A stretch of DNA of 64,000 nucleotides from Ignavibacteria bacterium (GCA_016191145.1 JACPPD010000007.1:91158-155157), one strand, 5' to 3'. Shown: positions 22,701 to 29,368, counted from the first letter of the stretch. Notes: generated by a model not told the origin, from the letters alone. Made by a program: numbers and translations.

Positions 22701-24173
22701 CTTCCGGGTACCTATACTCTTACAGTGTCTGAAACCAACACGTACCGTTGTACTGCACAGGATCAGATCAGCGTGACCGTGAATGAGCTTCCGGATGTGA
22801 CGATCACTGCATCAGGTCCGACCACGTTCTGTCAGGGTGGCGACGTCACTCTCACTGCACCAATCGGATTTGAATCATACGTGTGGTCTACTGGCGAGAC
22901 GGCTCGCAGCATCGTGGTTCGTACTACTGGTCAGTATTGGGTTAAGGTCACCAACGAGTTTGGCTGCTCCAACAACTCCGATACAATTACCATTAACGTC
23001 TTCCCAAGCACGCTGCCAATCATTACTGTAAGCGGACCAACAACATTCTGCGAAGGTGGCTCTGTTGTTCTCACCGCTCCGTCGGGCTTCTCTAACTATC
23101 TGTGGTCGACAGGCGAAACATCGCAGTCAATCACGGTTACGCAGAGCGGCACCTACACAGTAACAATTGCAGACAACAACGGATGTACTGGAACATCAAC
23201 AGAAGTCGATGTTGTTGTGAACCCGAAACCGGCTCCAATCCTGACAGTTGTTGGTTCAACAACAGTTTGCTCAGGGGATAGCGTAGAAGTAAGGGCACCG
23301 GCTGGATACGTTTCCTACACGTGGATTTCAACGTCAGCTACCAACTATGGAACTGGACGCACGATCTTCGTTAGCCAGCAAGACGAAATCTACGTTGAGG
23401 TTGTTGATCTGAATGGATGCGTTGGCCAGTCGGATACGGTCAGCATCGAAGTTAGTCAGATTACACAGCCAGTAGTTATTCCAAGCGGACCAACAACGTT
23501 CTGCGAAGGCGGTTCTGTTGTACTCTCAGCTCCAGCAGGGTTTGCGTCCTACATCTGGTCGAATGGTGCTACAACACGCGAGATAACAGTCGAAGATGGC
23601 GGTGAATACTCAGTAACCGTCGTGAATGCTGTTCTCTGCGTGGCTGCTTCATCCAAGACAGAAGTAACGGTGAATCCGCTTCCGGAACGGCCATCAATCG
23701 AGCGCAGAGGAGATACTTTAAAGGCAATCTCCCCTGTAGCTGAAGCTTGGCAGTGGTACAAAAATGGAACTGAGATCACTGGCGCAAATGCTTCGTTCTT
23801 CATCGTTACGCAGGCAGGTATCTACCGCGTAGCAATCAAAGATGACAACACATGCTCGGCCATTTCAAATGGATTCGACGTGATTCTTACCGGTCTTGAT
23901 GATGATGTGGTTGCAGGAAAGGTCGGAGACATCAGACTCTACCCGAACCCAACAACCGGTATGTTCACTATCGAAGCTGATATTGCAAAATCCGGTGTGG
24001 TTTCCATCGAACTCGTCAACACTGTTGGCGAAATTGTGAAGACGATCACCGACGATTCGCAAGGCGGAGCGTTCAAGAAATCCATCGACATGGGAACACT
24101 TGCAAGTGGTGTATATAATGTAGTCGTCACGAGTGCTAACCAGCGCTGGACGGTACGGTTGGTTCGTCAGTAA
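13779..24173 (+). CDS. giant (~3460 aa) cell-surface adhesin-like protein with ~30 tandem Ig-like modules and T9SS C-terminal sorting domain
   Basis: GGAGG 5 nt upstream of ATG 13779, then a signal peptide (RFKAVAATLLSLLVVGSIAASA-QP). A roughly 400-aa N-terminal domain of unknown family is followed by about 26 repeats of ~85-90 aa (consensus P.P.ITGP..VC.G..Y.Y......G.TY.W.V.GG.I..G.......V.W...G...LTV.ET...GC, two Cys each). Four to five modules of a second type follow (GPTTFCEGGSV.LTAP.GF.SY.WS.GET...I.V...G.Y.V.V....GC). The C-terminus (LYPNPTTGMFTIEADIAKSGVVSIELVNTVGEIVKT...LASGVYNVVV...) matches the Por/T9SS CTD pattern. The ORF-track start at 13455 lies upstream of the hairpin and SD and is rejected. 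Confidence 0.85.
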   Translation: MNRFDSALSARQRGGGFVERFKAVAATLLSLLVVGSIAASAQPTLTHVGPPPPAAVFTAGQICSGQTPQFEVGTTAKPVTTYNLVEGNVALEAEVGATDIIGNLGDDQVWKLPAGDIQAAAGGNFIFEFFGQPHNLSTEGLFIGTNGFVRFQDGDPTNDANVELLETGIIAQNIPNVAGPNGAAYFLNIDLAPQAGEDVDWEIQDVNGGDALVLTFRDVSQYNPLLVYPYQQVEVQIILYPNNHPNTPNMIEVRLGNWPDPNVIPARVHTIGVENQCGTVAYADADHNADTWAVANAAGEVAGYSITFDPQAGASQTLTTTLYVVGPNGVINTYSTSSASPDDITRSGATAGTTGIPVSITSNTAVTSVTPAGQLTFFAVVEYEDCIIEVTNTVTLTVNPTPTAVTITGPVNVCVGTNYNYNVPLNNGNTYSWTSTDGFATITPAIPTINANTATVNWATGSNGGTAQTLTSTETTPAGCQAVHTVNVTVYTVPNGTISGPTPVCANSAGNVYSISGGPYGAYQWSITGAPAGTTTGSTTGTTFSVNWGDFAQPGTAQFPQVRVTVSNGPGGLCSFTATPLVVTVNPRPPVKTITASDATPCVNQTITYSVGLTAGNNYAWTAAGGTFAYTSPGAYVNGTPTLNLNSVQLQWTNAGSGRSMTVNETTPQGCLRTTTMSGIVVEALPTPVITGPSINVCGYLASAGGNPSFNTVPNPIQHTYAVAVPNASNTYAWSIPAASGYIVSAGPGTPSPTPGPGITSVSGLNVTQITVRWNNPAISVARTVNVTETSVNNCAGNAPTFNLTVVHTPEAANFSLAGPGITTTDPCANTTGVIYTGTTTLPAGTLQQVYVLAGGTLVSSVDAYPNVTATVNWGNAATGTLRHEATAPTGCVSYEEYVITIRPLPEADITGPSTVCGGTTGQVYGVTNIQNGPITHSWSFASNPGGIASFPGATTNSTVTVDFANPGAQTIVVLQDFITGPGPWLCTNTITYNITVNPTPAAPIIAGADGGGTPEYVCAGTTEGYTVTGIGGGTTTISVVGGTPSQTIFAGAGPFNFNVTWGFVPGGGAGSITATITLNNCPSTQTVFPVTVSPLPAVPIFEYSLDNVTFSTTIPPLCVYNVPFYVRVQNSTAGVTYNWNEYPQICWPTASASDNPGGGTNELWTITNWNCAHPANELYIVAYAQDDITGCISPGTGLPAPWTGLGAPYTSSPAVVVAPVPTPVISGPTDACNNVFDPAGMNGATVDADPTSYTYTYSTPQVVGNSYSWTVTNGYVVATSTDGGSTWTYLNPVATTNGAPILNANTVQVVFYGPTPGKVKVSEIAPGGCQATTLDYNVNLNPFPIAQSLVSWSPEVCSGDWGLLASFNSEATFTYRVETSTDGGSTWTPTPGVGTQTGNGGGLLWFIPPASIPYTAVPPNITTYTFRITAQHTATGCGWYPVSNTDIINVNPKPADNIPVVNTTPLTCEGDNVVVEVGDGGTPSESWVQYQLMRRQIADLSTGAPIAPTPYTYVGSPQVGNGIGSIQLIDNTAPAGGYPLLNADVYQYQVEAVTDMAPAPPPNIQCTTMLAQTVTERVFALPLAQVVSYTPNPICWEADLTVDLSGSQDGVEYEILRDGLSMAPPVIVDGNGGPVQVIVPAVQVMPSNPLFPTAVVFSTQARLRTEAFPPYDRPIPPSSCPNTFGYEEVTVNPKPVAVINGPDVACGPSTVDYTPGPWWGGWPSTYDWAILFAADPYPAPHSDPPVGTTPLFANNTGFGTVDPFTVDWGVHLLSCDGTYNPITVVLQMIETNLFNCPDTAFKEITIEPTLSDAVISGPTQACIYGGFEQHLTTYTISRPNPCIFPAGTTFLWSMPTGPVIGVIRSGQGTPTIVVEWTQTGGTNIGTIQSTVTLPPSHGGCATTVTYDVIVYPLPQPIVVGPTSVCQGDQNVIYTADYYATDNYEWIVVGGTINGGSGSGTIADPGYLSNLAANTISVNWLDQANPNAYVRLNQVSAAGCYNTNTLQVTVNPTPTPVIGGPAIVCDNSVYQYSTQSNAPNNVYQWTISGNAVINNGANQATVTIQTGAIGGGTQFVLELTETVQATTCTKTVSRTIDIVEKPNPTITRITAGGAVGGACLNQTIEYGDTDPVAGNPGYSYMWTVYNGSISGSNTASTVIVTWNTIGTGTVTLAKWHTSSQCTTTVSMDVNITAPPQPAISGPLQVCGEGEYTYSTPFVVGNTYEWTISGNGTITSGANTNAAVIKFDNPLPGSTLSADITVTESTTLSGCEASAVVEVTINYQPQVQNIDRIAPAGPVGQACLMDQITYALPNNNPGSTYQWTVTGGSIVGSSTNYDVTVQWTSAGAQVLTVVETDASGACEATSTLNVSVTYKPTPAISGPVAPCTDVDITYSTPAVPGSTYQWSITPGVGYIMLTGTTSNYITVRFTAAGPYTITLTEANGPCEVTTSVDINVTQLPTPLITRVSPPGNAQLACEGDIITYSTPEVAGNSYLWTVVGGGTILGSNTSNEVTVQWVSQGTHALTVLETTPGGGCFDEATLWVTVTYKPTPNINGANVACIEKILTYYTPAVAGDTYEWSITPANSFSPVVGYPNSNSITVQWILPGLHTVTVTETNVAGGCVTTVSMDVQVNEIPAPFITSPTGYGNPPGRRPGIVCNFSTHTYTTFPTPGNTFHFFVTGGTIIGNPYTNQVVVEWGPAGIGTIWVVETVPGSDCITTKLDSIDIRPTPAPTITGSSNPCGNSLQTYSTPFVAGNSYEWTVVGAASWFVVPGNPNQIRVTWNSPVWPNTIAGSVSVTEWVTDVLPDKSCINSTTLNVTVRPNPPVPTITDTSVVCATDLTDTPATINQVTYSSSDPGGVSFLWTISSNGTIIGSSTSSSVQVQWTNTGLTPTTGTITVRHTSIPWGCENTASMTVTINPLPRPNITGDLSACQNTIHAYSTPGLPGHSYSWTVGGGNIIRSGQGTPNVMVEWTLPGTYTLTVSETNTYRCTAQDQISVTVNELPDVTITASGPTTFCQGGDVTLTAPIGFESYVWSTGETARSIVVRTTGQYWVKVTNEFGCSNNSDTITINVFPSTLPIITVSGPTTFCEGGSVVLTAPSGFSNYLWSTGETSQSITVTQSGTYTVTIADNNGCTGTSTEVDVVVNPKPAPILTVVGSTTVCSGDSVEVRAPAGYVSYTWISTSATNYGTGRTIFVSQQDEIYVEVVDLNGCVGQSDTVSIEVSQITQPVVIPSGPTTFCEGGSVVLSAPAGFASYIWSNGATTREITVEDGGEYSVTVVNAVLCVAASSKTEVTVNPLPERPSIERRGDTLKAISPVAEAWQWYKNGTEITGANASFFIVTQAGIYRVAIKDDNTCSAISNGFDVILTGLDDDVVAGKVGDIRLYPNPTTGMFTIEADIAKSGVVSIELVNTVGEIVKTITDDSQGGAFKKSIDMGTLASGVYNVVVTSANQRWTVRLVRQ

Positions 24174-24201
24174 GAATTGACCACTGCAATATGAAAATAT
24201 A

Positions 24202-24236
24202 GAAGGCCGCACCTAGGTGCGGCCTTCTTTATTTTG
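24202..24236 (+). terminator. rho-independent terminator of giant gene
   Basis: GAAGGCCGCAC-CTAG-GTGCGGCCTTC perfect 11-bp stem followed by TTTATTTTG, about 30 nt after the stop codon. Confidence 0.85.
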
Positions 24237-24262
24237 TAACCACATGATCGCTCGTGTATCTT
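24234..24262 (+). promoter_or_regulatory. candidate sigma70-like promoter (TTGTAA-N17-TATCTT) reading into the heptamer repeat
   Basis: The -35-like hexamer overlaps the terminator T-tract and the -10-like hexamer ends 2 nt before the repeat. Sequence match only. Confidence 0.3.
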
Positions 24263-24263
24263 T

Positions 24264-24431
24264 AGTTCAGGGTTCCAGGTTCAAGGTTCCAGGTTCAGGG
24301 TTCCAGGTTCAGGGTTCAAAGTTCAAGGTTCAAAGTTCAAGGTTCCAGGTTCAGGGTTCAAGGTTCCAGGTTCAGGGTTCAAGGTTCCAGGTTCAGGGTT
24401 CCAGGTTCCAGGTTCCAGGTTCATAGTTCCA
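24264..24431. repeat. perfectly phased heptanucleotide tandem repeat (RGGTTCM)x24
   Basis: 24 contiguous 7-nt units (AGTTCAG GGTTCCA GGTTCAA ... AGTTCCA) with no indels. Sits between the terminator and the SD/start of the next gene. The track ORF 24217..24426 is only a translation of this repeat. Confidence 0.9.
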
Positions 24432-24471
24432 AGTGGTCGTAGTGCCGGGTGCCAAGTGCCAGGGAGTAATT

Positions 24472-25335
24472 ATGCAGGATTTATTCTTAGAGCTTATTGG
24501 AAACCGTGCAAAGTTCCAATTGCCATTTGTGTTGCTATTGTGCCTGCCTATTATGCAGGTATTGGCTGCATCGGGTGGCGTATCCCGTCAGAGCGCCTTC
24601 GGGTGCGGTCCCGGCGGATGCCATGGACCTACGGCCAGCTCCCAGACATCTGCTCGCATTAAGGAGGAGGAGTATGGTAGGCTGTCTTTTGAGCCGAATG
24701 AAAAGAGGAAGCTAACTCTTATTATAAATAACAATAACCGTCCGGCAGTCGGCTGCAATATTTCGGTTAAGACTACGAAGGGCGGCTACACAAATGCCGG
24801 GACACTTTCGACAATTCAGGGACAGGGACTGAGATTGTTGATTGGCGAGCTCACGCATGATTTCCAGCCTAAGGCTATGGCCTACGGTGAAGTACAATTT
24901 GAATTCGAATGGACGGCGCCACCTTCTGCAGGCACATACTTTCTGCATGCTGCAGTGAATGCCGTCAATATGAATGGTATTGCCGACGGCAACGACCAGT
25001 GGCAGGTAATGCAGGCAGTCGAAATCACCGTTTCGCCAACTAATTCTGTTTTCGAACAGAACAGCTCCAATCAGGCGCAAATCACGCCCCTTCCCGCTCA
25101 CGAACAAGTTAGCATTCACGCTCTGGTAGGGGGCGATGAAGCTGTGGATCTAAGAATCTTCGACATCTCTGGAAATATTGTTAAAGTAGCGTCGATCCGG
25201 CCGATGAATAACAATGTTGACTTTCTGTGGAATGGAACCGACGACGCTGATAGGCCTCTCCCGTCAGGCTTGTATCCTTTCAATATTGTTGCACCTGAAG
25301 CCGTCATCCGAGGCATCATTCTCTTTGAACGGTAA
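24472..25335 (+). CDS. secreted protein of unknown function with T9SS C-terminal sorting domain
   Basis: GGGAG SD 5 nt upstream, then a signal peptide (FVLLLCLPIMQVLAA). The C-terminal ~75 aa (VDLRIFDISGNIVKV...FLWNGTDDADRPLPSGLYPFNIV) fit the T9SS CTD pattern. Contains an unusual CGPGGCH motif. Confidence 0.6.
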   Translation: MQDLFLELIGNRAKFQLPFVLLLCLPIMQVLAASGGVSRQSAFGCGPGGCHGPTASSQTSARIKEEEYGRLSFEPNEKRKLTLIINNNNRPAVGCNISVKTTKGGYTNAGTLSTIQGQGLRLLIGELTHDFQPKAMAYGEVQFEFEWTAPPSAGTYFLHAAVNAVNMNGIADGNDQWQVMQAVEITVSPTNSVFEQNSSNQAQITPLPAHEQVSIHALVGGDEAVDLRIFDISGNIVKVASIRPMNNNVDFLWNGTDDADRPLPSGLYPFNIVAPEAVIRGIILFER

Positions 25336-25343
25336 CTGATTTT

Positions 25344-27668
25344 GTGAATGACAAGAAACCTATACTACATCAATCATTATCGGTTGGACTTCTAACACTG
25401 ATTGTATTCCTGTGTACAGCAGAAGTGAATGCGCAGTGGAAGAAACTTAACCTTCCTGGACAATATGCCAGTGGTTACTATCTCGATGTCTTCTTCCTAA
25501 AAGATAATCCCAACTATGGTTGGGCCTGCAGTATTGAAGGCTTTGTTGTAAGGACGACAGATGGTGGAGTAACCTGGCAGGGGAGTCGCACTTCCCGAAG
25601 CTTTTTGGAAAGTGTTCAGTTTTTAACGCCAACAATTGGCTATACATCGGGGCCTGCGGGTATTTATAGGTCGGACGACGGTGGCGCAACATGGAAAGAC
25701 ATTACACCACTTTCGTTAAATCTAAACCCAGGGAGCGGATTCCAGAACTCGCCATGGGGAAGCTATTTTATTAACCAAAATGAAGGTGTATTCCTTGCAG
25801 ATGGGTGCGGAAGTGTTCAGAGATTTTATCGCACAACCGACGGTGGCCAGAACTGGCAATACACAGTGGATAATATTGCCAATGGAAAACTCTCCGATGC
25901 TCTGATATTCCGAGACGGTTCTGGATTTGCTGTTGGAAGCGGCGTGCTTTGGAGAACAACCGACTATGGCGCGAACTGGGTCTTTCATTCATTCACCGGA
26001 TCTCGCATTTGGACAGAGGAACTAACATTCTATGCAGGCAGCATTCTGCTTCCTACTGCCGGGAATGACTGCGACGGCGCTCCAACCGGGATCGGCTCGC
26101 TGCGATACTCGACAGATAATGGTTTTAACTTTCGAGAGTTTCAAACCAATGCTAACATGTTTGGCTCCTTCCTACTCGATAAAAATCGGGGTTGGGGTGT
26201 GGGTAGTAACGCATCCGTTTATTATACCGAAGATGCCGGAAGAACCTGGGTATTGAGGAACTGTGGTATCAAGGGAGATATGGACGATATCTTCTTCCTC
26301 GACGACACAACAGGATGGGTTGTGGGCAATGGAATATACCGTTCAAACTTTAATCAACCCGAAAATCCTGTTCTGATTGAACCAGATTCAAACTTGATTG
26401 AATTGTGTAAAGGCGATTCAGTTTTTATCAGGGCTTCAGATGGTTTCTCCCAATACCGATGGAACGATGGAGTTTGGTCTCAAGGAAGATTAGTAAGTGC
26501 AGAAGGAACGTACATTGTAAGCGCATTTAATGAATTAACGTGCAACATTTTGTACGACACGTTAACCATAAAGTATAAACCCAGCAAGGATCCTGTAATT
26601 GAAGCCAGCAAGACAGAGATTTGTGAAGGAGATTCCATTGAACTGCGACTGGTTGGAGACTTCGTTTCACAGTCGTGGTCGACAAAGGATTCATCAAAGT
26701 CGATACGAATACGAAAGAGTGGAGTTTATTCGGTTACCACATTAGACATCTTTGGCTGCAGGCGAACAGCGTACAGTCCCTTTATCACGGTTCGCCCTTT
26801 ACCAGAACCAGTGATTACTGCAAACCGTAGTACAACAATTTGTATTGATGAAACAGTAACGCTGTCTGCCCCGCCCGGTTTAGATAAGTATGTTTGGTCG
26901 AATGGTTCAACCGAGCGGGCAATAGTAGTTAGCAAAGCTGGCAAGTATGCAGTGACTGTAACTAATGAATATGGCTGTACTGCAACATCGGACTCGGTTA
27001 GCATTACCGTACTTGATACAAAAAATAAAATTGAAATAAATCTCAGTAGTACAAATGGTGATTTTATTATTGCTGATCAAATTGTTGGGGAGAAAAGCTG
27101 TAATTATCTCACAATTCGCAACGTATCGTTAACGGAAGATCTCGTAATTGCTAAGCCTTGGATAATCGGCAATGTGATGTTTTCCATTCCTCAAGCACAG
27201 TTGCCAATTCGTATAGCTCCTCAACAAACCGCCACGCTCGAGCTGTGTGCCTCGGCAATTGACACAGGGTTGATTGAGGATACACTCTATTTGCCAGATA
27301 CATGCTCCCCAACACTAGTACCTTTGAAGACCAGAGGAACGTCGTTGGCATTTGAAGGTACGTCGAGATGCAGCGTTGGCGTTTCGACACTTGTGATCCG
27401 TGCAGGTAAAACATATCGTTTATCTGCCCCTTACCCAATGCCGGCTAATCAGCAGTTTGCCATAGAAGTTGAACCAGCAGCTTCGCAAACAACAGCAAGT
27501 ATGTTTGATGCACTGGGAATCGAACGTGTCCGGGCAAATGTTATTAGATTGGACAAGAATTCGCTCATTGAGTTTCGTACGGACAACCTGCCGGTTGGTG
27601 TTTATCAGGTTGTTATTGAAATTGATGGAGACGTAGTCAAATCGTATACAACGATAATACAGCGGTAA
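25344..27668 (+). CDS. secreted BNR-repeat (sialidase/Ycf48-like beta-propeller) protein with Ig-like modules and T9SS C-terminal domain
   Basis: Signal peptide, then six or more BNR/Asp-box motifs (TTDGGVTW, SDDGGATW, TTDGGQNW, TTDYGANW, STDNGFNF, TEDAGRTW). Three modules are homologous to the type-2 modules of the giant protein (ICIDETVTLSAPPGLDKYVWSNGSTERAIVV..GKYAVTVTNEYGC). The C-terminus is CTD-like (YPMPANQQFAIEV...VGVYQVVIEIDG). Confidence 0.75.
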   Translation: MNDKKPILHQSLSVGLLTLIVFLCTAEVNAQWKKLNLPGQYASGYYLDVFFLKDNPNYGWACSIEGFVVRTTDGGVTWQGSRTSRSFLESVQFLTPTIGYTSGPAGIYRSDDGGATWKDITPLSLNLNPGSGFQNSPWGSYFINQNEGVFLADGCGSVQRFYRTTDGGQNWQYTVDNIANGKLSDALIFRDGSGFAVGSGVLWRTTDYGANWVFHSFTGSRIWTEELTFYAGSILLPTAGNDCDGAPTGIGSLRYSTDNGFNFREFQTNANMFGSFLLDKNRGWGVGSNASVYYTEDAGRTWVLRNCGIKGDMDDIFFLDDTTGWVVGNGIYRSNFNQPENPVLIEPDSNLIELCKGDSVFIRASDGFSQYRWNDGVWSQGRLVSAEGTYIVSAFNELTCNILYDTLTIKYKPSKDPVIEASKTEICEGDSIELRLVGDFVSQSWSTKDSSKSIRIRKSGVYSVTTLDIFGCRRTAYSPFITVRPLPEPVITANRSTTICIDETVTLSAPPGLDKYVWSNGSTERAIVVSKAGKYAVTVTNEYGCTATSDSVSITVLDTKNKIEINLSSTNGDFIIADQIVGEKSCNYLTIRNVSLTEDLVIAKPWIIGNVMFSIPQAQLPIRIAPQQTATLELCASAIDTGLIEDTLYLPDTCSPTLVPLKTRGTSLAFEGTSRCSVGVSTLVIRAGKTYRLSAPYPMPANQQFAIEVEPAASQTTASMFDALGIERVRANVIRLDKNSLIEFRTDNLPVGVYQVVIEIDGDVVKSYTTIIQR

Positions 27669-27730
27669 TAGGATACGTATGTCCGAATATCAGTTCCTGT
27701 GTATTTTAGTGGCTGAATAACCAAAGAACT

Positions 27731-28126
27731 ATGGCAACTATCATTTCGCTTGATCCGCGTGTTACGCGCATGGAAATCGGTGTTGATTCCGCACAGGAAG
27801 CAGTGCCAAAGAACGCCTTGGATCAGTTTCAGACGTTTGAAGTTTTTCATCAGCAAAAGCGCGGTGCTCACCACGTTCACGTTGGGTCGGTACATGCCCC
27901 CAACTCAGAAATGGCTCTTGTGTTTGCAAAGGAGCAGTATGGCCGCAGAGGACAGACAGTTAACATTTGGGTAGTTAGTACCGACCATGTTCTAACGATG
28001 CGTGGCGAGGATGCAGACGTCTTTGAAACAACGCCTGAAAAGAAATATCGCGATGTGGCTGCATATATGGTCCGCAACAAGGTGGAAGCGTTTAAGAAAT
28101 CGCAGAAGGAAGGGGGCGATGAATAA
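27731..28126 (+). CDS. paaB: 1,2-phenylacetyl-CoA epoxidase subunit B
   Basis: Core FEVFHQQKRGAHHVHVGSVHAPNSEMALVFAKEQYGRRGQTVNIWVV matches the PaaB family signature (EVF.R...G..H.HVGS.HA.....AL..AR..Y.RR.E..SIWVV). A ~35-aa N-terminal extension means the start may be internal. Confidence 0.8.
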   Translation: MATIISLDPRVTRMEIGVDSAQEAVPKNALDQFQTFEVFHQQKRGAHHVHVGSVHAPNSEMALVFAKEQYGRRGQTVNIWVVSTDHVLTMRGEDADVFETTPEKKYRDVAAYMVRNKVEAFKKSQKEGGDE

Positions 28127-28881
28127 TGAATTCCGACGCGATAAAGGACTTGTTGCTAAGAGTTGCAGACGATGAGCTAATCATTGCACATCGGCATTCA
28201 GAATGGACCGGACTCGGGCCGCTGCTCGAAGAAGATATTGCCTTCAGCTCCATTGCCCAGGATAAGCTGGGTCATGCACAAGCATTGTATTCAATTCTCC
28301 ACGAAAAATTTTCACTTGCAACTCCCGATGAAATGGCGTTTATGAGGAGTGAAGTCGATTTGCGCTGTTGTCATCTTGTTGAATTACCGAATCAAGACTA
28401 TGCATTTAGTCTAATGCGACATTTTCTGTACGATGCAGCCGAATATCTCCGCTACTCCATGCTAACAAAAAGCACATTTGAGCCTTTGGCGCAGTTGGCA
28501 CGAAAGGTTCACGGAGAAATTAAATATCATTTATATCATGCCACTACCTGGGTTGTGCAGCTTGGCGGGAATGGTACTACAGAGAGTCACGACAAAATGC
28601 AGAGAGCATTAGATGAGGTGTGGCCGTTTGCTCTGGGCATGTTCGAACACGGACCGTATGAAGAACAGCTAAAGACTGAGGGTATTTTTAATGGTGAAGA
28701 CGAACTGAAGATTACCTGGCTCAATTATGTTAAAGACATATTGAACAGGGCTGCGTTAATTATTCCGGCAGATGCAAAGCATGTGTTAGGAGGTCGGCAT
28801 GGTTATCACACCGAATATATGGCGCCGTTACTTCTTGAAATGACGGAAGTGTATCGCACTGATCCTGCTGCAGAATGGTAA
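28126..28881 (+). CDS. paaC: phenylacetate-CoA oxygenase subunit PaaC-like (ferritin-like)
   Basis: 251 aa with ferritin-like four-helix features (LLLRVADDELIIAHRHSEWTGLGPLLEEDIAFSSIAQDKLGHAQALY) and a length typical of PaaC rather than PaaA. Adjacent to paaB and paaD. Confidence 0.65.
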   Translation: MNSDAIKDLLLRVADDELIIAHRHSEWTGLGPLLEEDIAFSSIAQDKLGHAQALYSILHEKFSLATPDEMAFMRSEVDLRCCHLVELPNQDYAFSLMRHFLYDAAEYLRYSMLTKSTFEPLAQLARKVHGEIKYHLYHATTWVVQLGGNGTTESHDKMQRALDEVWPFALGMFEHGPYEEQLKTEGIFNGEDELKITWLNYVKDILNRAALIIPADAKHVLGGRHGYHTEYMAPLLLEMTEVYRTDPAAEW

Positions 28882-28882
28882 G

Positions 28883-29368
28883 ATGACTGTACCTCAAATC
28901 ATAGAGCATCTGCACAGCGTTAAAGACCCAGAAATCCCAACCATTTCTGTTGTAGACATGGGCATCGTGAGCAAGGTTGAGATGCAGTCTCTGGATAGAG
29001 TGGTGGTGACAATCACACCAACATTCGTTGGCTGTCCTGCTTTGGAAGTGATGAAGCGAAACATTGAACATGCAGTCATGGGGATTGGAATAAAATATGT
29101 TGATGTTATTGTAAGTTATGATATTCCCTGGTCGTCGAATAGAATAACTGAGCAGGGTCGTGCAGCGCTGCTAAAGCACGGTCTAGCTCCACCGGTACGT
29201 TACGACGATACAGTGGAGCTTCAGCTTGATGTTCTCAATGAAACTCCATGTCCGTTTTGCGGCAGCATGAAAACCATCTTGAAATCGCCATTCGGACCTG
29301 CTCTATGCAGATCTCTTCATTACTGCAACAACTGCTTACAGGCGTTTGAATCGTTTAAGCCAGTCTAA
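28883..29368 (+). CDS. paaD: phenylacetate-CoA oxygenase subunit PaaD (DUF59/MIP18 family + C-terminal zinc ribbon)
   Basis: 161 aa with a DUF59-like N-terminus (HLHSVKDPEIPTISVVDMGIV...TITPTFVGCPALEVM) and a C-terminal CPFCGS...CNNC zinc ribbon. Confidence 0.75.
   Translation: MTVPQIIEHLHSVKDPEIPTISVVDMGIVSKVEMQSLDRVVVTITPTFVGCPALEVMKRNIEHAVMGIGIKYVDVIVSYDIPWSSNRITEQGRAALLKHGLAPPVRYDDTVELQLDVLNETPCPFCGSMKTILKSPFGPALCRSLHYCNNCLQAFESFKPV

Noticed and set aside
14454-23803. Numerous 60-250-aa antisense or off-frame ORFs inside the giant gene (for example 16596-17336 -, 18363-19004 -, 21564-22016 -)
   Set aside because: Long GC-balanced coding regions produce spurious open frames. The sense frame is continuous with a coherent repeat and domain structure.
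24217-24426. 69-aa ORF translating to GSRFQVQ repeats
   Set aside because: It is just the heptanucleotide DNA repeat read in one frame. It has no start context and overlaps a terminator.
24264-24431. Possible CRISPR array
   Set aside because: The 7-nt units are contiguous with no spacers, so this is a microsatellite, not a CRISPR array. No cas genes are nearby.
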